64,000 bases of DNA. Origin: Candidatus Wildermuthbacteria bacterium (lineage in GTDB: Bacteria; Patescibacteriota; Minisyncoccia; Minisyncoccales; UBA10102). The DNA is taken from contig JACPMK010000003.1 of assembly GCA_016186115.1 (NCBI GenBank), forward strand, positions 90,470-154,469, read 5' to 3'. Numbering within the stretch: position 1 is the stretch's first letter; the number at the start of each line of letters is the position of its first letter. The notes under the pieces are model-generated. The model was not told the DNA's origin. It saw only the letters and a list, made by a program, of their open reading frames with translations, and searched no databases. The translations under genes and the position numbers were made by a program. This document shows, one piece after another, positions 58,788 through 64,000 of this stretch.

Positions 58788-59700
58788 ACAAAAATCAAAA
58801 TTAGTGTTAGGAACTGTGCAGCTTGGATTGGCGTATGGAGTAAATAATCAACACGGGAAACCCGCAGAGGAAGAAGCGTTTTCTATTCTCGATACTGCTT
58901 TTGCCGGGGAAATCAATACGTTTGATACGGCTTCTGCCTATGGAGATGCTGAAGAGGTTTTGGGAAGATGGCTCAAGGCAAGATCTCTTGCGGAAAAAGT
59001 GAGAATTATTAGCAAGCTGAAACCTCATATTCTCAACGAATATCCCGATGGGACAAAGGGTTCTGATGTGATAAGAAGCGAAATTGAAAAATCGCTTGAT
59101 CGGCTTGGGATAGGACAGCTAGACGGATATCTATTCCATTCCCCGCATTATATTTATTTGAGCCATTTGGTTGCGGGAATGCGCAAGGCAAAGGAGGAAG
59201 GGTTAACTCGAAACATTGGCGTATCTATTTATGATGAAGACGAGGCATTGCAGGCAGCAGAGCTTGTAGTGGATTACATTCAGATCCCTTATAATGTATT
59301 TGATCAACGACTCGATAAAACCAATTTTTTCGAAATTGCCAAGCGCAATAACGTGACTGTTTTTGCGCGTAGTCCATTTCTGCAGGGCCTTTTGCTTATG
59401 GACGTAAATCGCATTCCTTCGCATCTTGGCCATGCGCGGCAATTTGTATCCGAGTTTGCAGCCGTCAGCAATAAACTCGGAGTATCCCGTGCCGCTCTTT
59501 CTTTGCTCTTTTCTTATAATCATTCCCATCTTGACCACATTGTTTTTGGGGTTGATACAGCTGACCAGCTGAAAGAAGATCTCGCTATTATTTCCAATCC
59601 TCCTGCTATTGCAAGAGAAGCCGTTTCGGACCTTAAGGAGCGATTTCAGAATATCAACAGAAGCATTGTTCTCCCCAGCTTATGGGCAAAAGTGAAATAA
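58774..59700 (+). CDS. Aldo/keto reductase
   Basis: LGTVQLG, FDTASAYG, ISKL, IGVSIY, ARSPFLQGLL. Confidence 0.9.
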   Translation: MEKIEQKSKLVLGTVQLGLAYGVNNQHGKPAEEEAFSILDTAFAGEINTFDTASAYGDAEEVLGRWLKARSLAEKVRIISKLKPHILNEYPDGTKGSDVIRSEIEKSLDRLGIGQLDGYLFHSPHYIYLSHLVAGMRKAKEEGLTRNIGVSIYDEDEALQAAELVVDYIQIPYNVFDQRLDKTNFFEIAKRNNVTVFARSPFLQGLLLMDVNRIPSHLGHARQFVSEFAAVSNKLGVSRAALSLLFSYNHSHLDHIVFGVDTADQLKEDLAIISNPPAIAREAVSDLKERFQNINRSIVLPSLWAKVK

Positions 59701-59712
59701 ATCCGTTTATGT

Positions 59713-60192
59713 ATGAATGATACCACTATTACTCCGGCTACGTTTTCCGACATCGAATTCTTGTGGTATATTCGGAATCAAAGAGATGCATATGAATTTC
59801 CCAAGCATCCAAATCCAGCAGTAAAATTGGAAGAGCATATCGATTGGATCATACCTGTTCTTTTGCATATCGCTGGGAAAGATCTTTTTGTTGTTCGCTA
59901 TGGAGATGTTCCAGTGGGTCAAGTACGATTTGATTATGAGGAAGATCGCAAAGCATTGATCAGTATCGCTATTGTGAAAGAGTTTCGCGGTAAGGGCATT
60001 GCCTCGATAGCGCTTGAGCAAGCAATTCAATATATTGCAAAAAAGGGGCTTGTTGCGATCTTGGTCGCTGAAATTCATAAAGAGAATGCGGCCTCCATAC
60101 GATTATTCGAAAAGCTGCATTTTGTGTATACAAGTGAAGATCAGACGTATTTTCGATACGAATTGGCATTAGAGAATAATATGATGAGCTGA
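59713..60192 (+). CDS. GNAT acetyltransferase (PseH-like)
   Basis: EEHIDW, GQVRFD, FRGKGIA, NAASIRLFEK. Confidence 0.85.
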   Translation: MNDTTITPATFSDIEFLWYIRNQRDAYEFPKHPNPAVKLEEHIDWIIPVLLHIAGKDLFVVRYGDVPVGQVRFDYEEDRKALISIAIVKEFRGKGIASIALEQAIQYIAKKGLVAILVAEIHKENAASIRLFEKLHFVYTSEDQTYFRYELALENNMMS

Positions 60193-60221
60193 AGGTAGTC
60201 AAAATACCGAATGATTGAGAT

Positions 60222-60935
60222 ATGACAGCGAGTATTATTATTCCCGTATACAATGCAGAGCATACTCTTCAGGCGGCGCTCGAAAGCGCTTTACGCCAAA
60301 AGTTTCCCGGAACTGAATTTGAAGTGATTGTAGTAAATGATGGTTCTACCGATCATACGGCAGCGATTTTAGAATCTTATAAGCAAGAAATCCGAATTTT
60401 TACCCAGAAGAATAGTGGCGCACTCAAAGCGTCCAATGCCGGATTCCGTGCGGCTCAAGGCAAGTATGTAATAAAACTTGATGCTGATGATAGATTTGAA
60501 CCCCCTCTGCTACAGGAAATGACTGCTGCGAAGGAGCGGCATCCAGATGTTACATTTGTATACTGCGATTACTACGAGAAGAATGTAGCCACTGGCGAGG
60601 TCAAGGTTGTCTCGGCCGAAAATATATTTTCTACTGTTGGGGGAGGAATATTATTCTGCAGAGATGCATTTGCGAGAGAAGGTTTTTTTAGGGAAGATAT
60701 AAAGTTTGCAGAGTATGATTTACTGTTGCGAACGAAAGATAAATGGAAGGGGTGTTATGTCCCAAAACCACTTTTCTGGTATAACCGAAGAATCGGCAGC
60801 TTAACGAGTAGTGCGCAATGGCTCAAAGAAGCTTTTCGGGAATTATATCAGATCCATCCGGATAAACATGCAGAGATTAAGCAAATTCGAGGTTATGAAA
60901 TTACACGCACCAACAACGATTTATTCTCTTCTTGA
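60222..60935 (+). CDS. Glycosyltransferase family 2
   Basis: SIIIPVYN, VVNDGSTD, LDADD. Confidence 0.93.
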   Translation: MTASIIIPVYNAEHTLQAALESALRQKFPGTEFEVIVVNDGSTDHTAAILESYKQEIRIFTQKNSGALKASNAGFRAAQGKYVIKLDADDRFEPPLLQEMTAAKERHPDVTFVYCDYYEKNVATGEVKVVSAENIFSTVGGGILFCRDAFAREGFFREDIKFAEYDLLLRTKDKWKGCYVPKPLFWYNRRIGSLTSSAQWLKEAFRELYQIHPDKHAEIKQIRGYEITRTNNDLFSS

Positions 60936-62409
60936 GAATCAGGCCAAACAAAGGCCTCATCACCTTGCACTTATCGGAGAAAGAGCGTATACATATCGTG
61001 AATTTTTGAACTCTGTTTTGAGTTTTGTATCGGTGCTGCGTTCGAAATATCATGTGAAACCCAAGCAGAGAGTCGGCATTTACCTGCCAAATATCCCGGA
61101 GCACGCAATTGCCCTTTTTGCATTAAACAGAATTGGCGCAATTGCCGTGGTATTAAATATCCGTTTAGACGAGAGCAATCTCCGATTCATTATAGAAGAT
61201 GCGGGAATTTCTTTATTGATTACGCAAAAAGATTCCCAGAATTTTTTTAAGAAGGTATTCCCAGCCGTGCAAACGATAGCCAGAGAAGACGAAATACAGC
61301 CCTCATCAGCGCAAAGTTTTTCTACGATTCTTAAACAGGAATATCAACGACAGATCCCGACAGGCAAAGATGATGTAGCGCTTTTGATGTACACCTCCGG
61401 CACTACAGGCACGCCGAAAGGTGCCATGATGACCAATGCGAATTTGTTATTTAATTGCGCTTCTTCTAAACGTGGGTTTGGTTTAACAAAAAACGATATT
61501 CATTTGATCGTCGTGCCATTGTTTCACGTCACCGGGCTTAACAGTCAGCTTCTCGCTTCCATAGCAATGGGAAGTACGGCTATTCTTTTAAAAAAATACG
61601 ATACCGCCCAAGTAATGCGTTTGCTCAAGAAATATAACGTTACGATATTTATTGCTGTGCCTGCCGTGTTTAATTTATTGATTGCTAAATACAGACGGAT
61701 CCTGACACAACTGGAAGCGCTTCAGAAGATTGGATATGCTGGAGCGCCAATGCCGGTGCGTACGATTTTGACATTCAAAAAATATCTTCCTCGTATTCAA
61801 TGCTATAATTTTTATGGGCTTACCGAGACCTCTTCTATTACCACCGTACTGCCGGATCGCTATGCACTTAAAACTCCGGATTCTGTGGGTATCCCGGCAA
61901 AAGGAGTACAGATAAAGATTGTGGATGAACATGGCAAGGAGGTGGCGATAGGAGAACAAGGAGAGCTATGGATTAAAGGCGGAAATATTGTGAAGGGCTA
62001 TTGGAATAACGTACAAAAGACAAAAGAAACAATAACGAATGGCTGGCTTCACTCGGGAGATATTGCTCGTATCGACCAAAAAAGAAGAGTATTTTTGATG
62101 GGGCGAAAGAAAGAGGTTATAAATCGTGGAGGAGAAAAAATATATCCCATTACTTTGGAAAATAAATTATGTAATCATCCGAAGATTGTAGAGGCTGCGG
62201 TTGTAGGTGTTCCTGACAAAATTTTTGGCGAGGCAGTGAGAGTATACATCGTGAAAAAAGCGAGTGCTCATTTTTCCGAAGAAGAGTTTTTTGATTACTG
62301 TCGAAGCGTTTGTTCGGAGTACGAAATTCCTCGCGATGTCATCTTTATTCCAGAACTTCCTCGAAACGCAAATGGCAAAGTGCAGAAAGATATTTTGCGT
62401 ACTTTATGA
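60895..62409 (+). CDS. Acyl-CoA ligase (adenylate-forming family)
   Basis: YTSGTTGTPKG, PLFHV, YGLTET, WLHSGD, GRKKEVINRGGE, PRNANGKVQK. Confidence 0.92.
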   Translation: MKLHAPTTIYSLLENQAKQRPHHLALIGERAYTYREFLNSVLSFVSVLRSKYHVKPKQRVGIYLPNIPEHAIALFALNRIGAIAVVLNIRLDESNLRFIIEDAGISLLITQKDSQNFFKKVFPAVQTIAREDEIQPSSAQSFSTILKQEYQRQIPTGKDDVALLMYTSGTTGTPKGAMMTNANLLFNCASSKRGFGLTKNDIHLIVVPLFHVTGLNSQLLASIAMGSTAILLKKYDTAQVMRLLKKYNVTIFIAVPAVFNLLIAKYRRILTQLEALQKIGYAGAPMPVRTILTFKKYLPRIQCYNFYGLTETSSITTVLPDRYALKTPDSVGIPAKGVQIKIVDEHGKEVAIGEQGELWIKGGNIVKGYWNNVQKTKETITNGWLHSGDIARIDQKRRVFLMGRKKEVINRGGEKIYPITLENKLCNHPKIVEAAVVGVPDKIFGEAVRVYIVKKASAHFSEEEFFDYCRSVCSEYEIPRDVIFIPELPRNANGKVQKDILRTL

Positions 62410-63527
62410 TACTCCCGCGAACAATTCTTTTTGGGAAAGATGCAATGGATCAATTGTATGCAACGATGTTGCCGCAGATGAAAGGGAAAGGGACAGATGC
62501 CCTTCTGTTTCTGCCTCCCTTTGTGCAGGCACAAAGGATTGACGAGAAAATTACAGATGTACTTCGTGCCATCGGAATGCGAACAGAAATTGTTGCGTAT
62601 GACGAGGGGGAACCAGAAGTTTCATATCTGGATGCCTTGGTTCAACAGCACCAGCATCAAAGTTATGATCTTATCATTGCTATTGGTGGAGGAAGTATCA
62701 TTGATCTTGCGAAAGCATATTCCCTTTGCGTGGAGAATTCCGTTTCTTGTACAGAATTGTTGAGCAAGAATAGCATCAGAGAAAGGAAGAATCATTTTAT
62801 ATGCATTCCCACTACCGCAGGTACGGGATCTGAAGCAACCAGCATTTCTATTATGAAAGAGAATGGCATAAAACGAGCAATCAGTGCCAGTTGTTTCATT
62901 CCAGATACTGTGGTGCTGGATCCAATATTTTTAGCTCAAGCTTCATTCGATGTGAAGTTCTTCCCCTTAGTGGATGCAGCATCTCATGCACTGGAATCGT
63001 TACTTTCAAATCGAAGCAATGAAATAAGCGAATGGTATGCGGTTGATGCGCTTTCTCGTATAATCGAGAATGAGCAATACTATCTTTCAACTCTTCAAGA
63101 TAAGGGAGACGTGGCAAATAAAATTCAAATTGCAGCATTCCATGCAGGAGTGGCTTTTGAAATGACAGGAGTACATGTTATTCATTCTTTTGCTTATGCT
63201 CTCTGTGAGCAGATTCCTTTGCGGCATGGGCATGCCATTAGTATTGCCTTCGGGCCTATCTTGGAGTATCTTTTATCTGCTCGAGGCAAAGAGATTCCGG
63301 CTTTCGCAAGATATGAATATCTTATCAAGCGCGTTGCTGCGTTTCTGGACAAACACGAGGCAGAGATATATGATATACCAGAAAATATAAGAAACATTCA
63401 GTTGCTGGCAGAGCGTGTACTTGGGAATGAACGTTTAATGAAAAACTCTCCTATGAGATTTGAATTACAAGAGATGATCCATATTGCAAAAATGATGTAT
63501 GAACGCATCGCGTCAAAGCAAAAGTAA
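62406..63527 (+). CDS. Iron-containing alcohol dehydrogenase family (sulfo-/phosphono-acetaldehyde reductase-like)
   Basis: GGGSIIDLAK, IPTTAGTGSEAT, metal ligands DAASHALE, HSFAY, RHG. Confidence 0.85.
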   Translation: MILPRTILFGKDAMDQLYATMLPQMKGKGTDALLFLPPFVQAQRIDEKITDVLRAIGMRTEIVAYDEGEPEVSYLDALVQQHQHQSYDLIIAIGGGSIIDLAKAYSLCVENSVSCTELLSKNSIRERKNHFICIPTTAGTGSEATSISIMKENGIKRAISASCFIPDTVVLDPIFLAQASFDVKFFPLVDAASHALESLLSNRSNEISEWYAVDALSRIIENEQYYLSTLQDKGDVANKIQIAAFHAGVAFEMTGVHVIHSFAYALCEQIPLRHGHAISIAFGPILEYLLSARGKEIPAFARYEYLIKRVAAFLDKHEAEIYDIPENIRNIQLLAERVLGNERLMKNSPMRFELQEMIHIAKMMYERIASKQK

Positions 63528-64000
63528 TCTTCTTATAGAGGGGTTAGAAACGATAGGCATAGAATATCTCGCTTATTTACCATGCAGCACTGCATGCGAT
63601 GTGTTAGAGCATTTTAGAAAAGATAAGAAAGTGACCATGATTCCCTTGACTAAAGAAGAGGAGGGAATCGGTGTTATGGCTGGGTTGGAAGCATGCGGCA
63701 AAAAAGCAGTGCTTTTGATTCAAGATTCCGGGTTAGGAAATTTTTTGAATGCCCTTGTTACGCTGGGGACTTCCTATAAGATTCCCATATGCATTGTTGC
63801 AACCCGGCGCGGGGGATTTTATGAAATCAACGAGGCGAATGCGGAGTTTGGAGAAATTGCTCCCGAGCTTATTGATGCTTCGCGGAGCATGGGATTTATC
63901 TTGGATTACAAAGTTCCTTTGGAACATTGGAAAGATGTTGTGGCGAATACCTATCAGTATGCGCATATGATGCATAAACCAATTATTTTACTTATCAATC
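63499..64000 (+). CDS. Sulfopyruvate/phosphonopyruvate decarboxylase alpha subunit (ComD-like), truncated by window end
   Basis: Not in ORF track; translated by hand: YLPCST...TKEEEGIGVMAG...IQDSGLGNFLNAL...YKIP...TRRG. Confidence 0.8.
   Translation, partial: MNASRQSKSNLLIEGLETIGIEYLAYLPCSTACDVLEHFRKDKKVTMIPLTKEEEGIGVMAGLEACGKKAVLLIQDSGLGNFLNALVTLGTSYKIPICIVATRRGGFYEINEANAEFGEIAPELIDASRSMGFILDYKVPLEHWKDVVANTYQYAHMMHKPIILLIN

Overview
64 kb of a compact bacterial chromosome (genetic code 11, many 1-4 nt gene overlaps, few Shine-Dalgarno sites). Gene content and protein styles suggest Patescibacteria/CPR (Parcubacteria-like); this is an inference. 1-38 kb is mostly housekeeping: mutY, leuS, a candidate 6S RNA, a glmS-ATP citrate lyase-yvcK-glmU run, tsaC, glyA, folD, tRNA-Leu, topA, a short mfd, pth, lepB, hisS, rpsU, ybeY, ftsA, a tail-less ftsZ, comEC, three glycoside hydrolases, a cysteine desulfurase, htrA and clpB. 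38-48 kb holds a four-helix-bundle/HTH gene, an ECF sigma/anti-sigma pair, an S-layer-like protein and an O-antigen-ligase/oligosaccharyltransferase-like protein. 48-64 kb is a surface-glycan cluster (pseudaminic-type sugar, amidination module, acyl-CoA ligase, Fe-ADH, ComD-like decarboxylase) running off the window. The most unusual signals are: (1) degenerate 7-bp-period repeat tracts inside the reading frames of five conserved genes; (2) a three-gene ATP citrate lyase embedded in a UDP-GlcNAc gene run; (3) a possible sulfonate/phosphonate-decorated nonulosonic acid pathway next to an S-layer gene; (4) a 6S-like RNA; (5) a GGACA repeat array with a DnaA box beside the four-helix-bundle/HTH gene. 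All calls come from reading motifs by eye; no searches were run.
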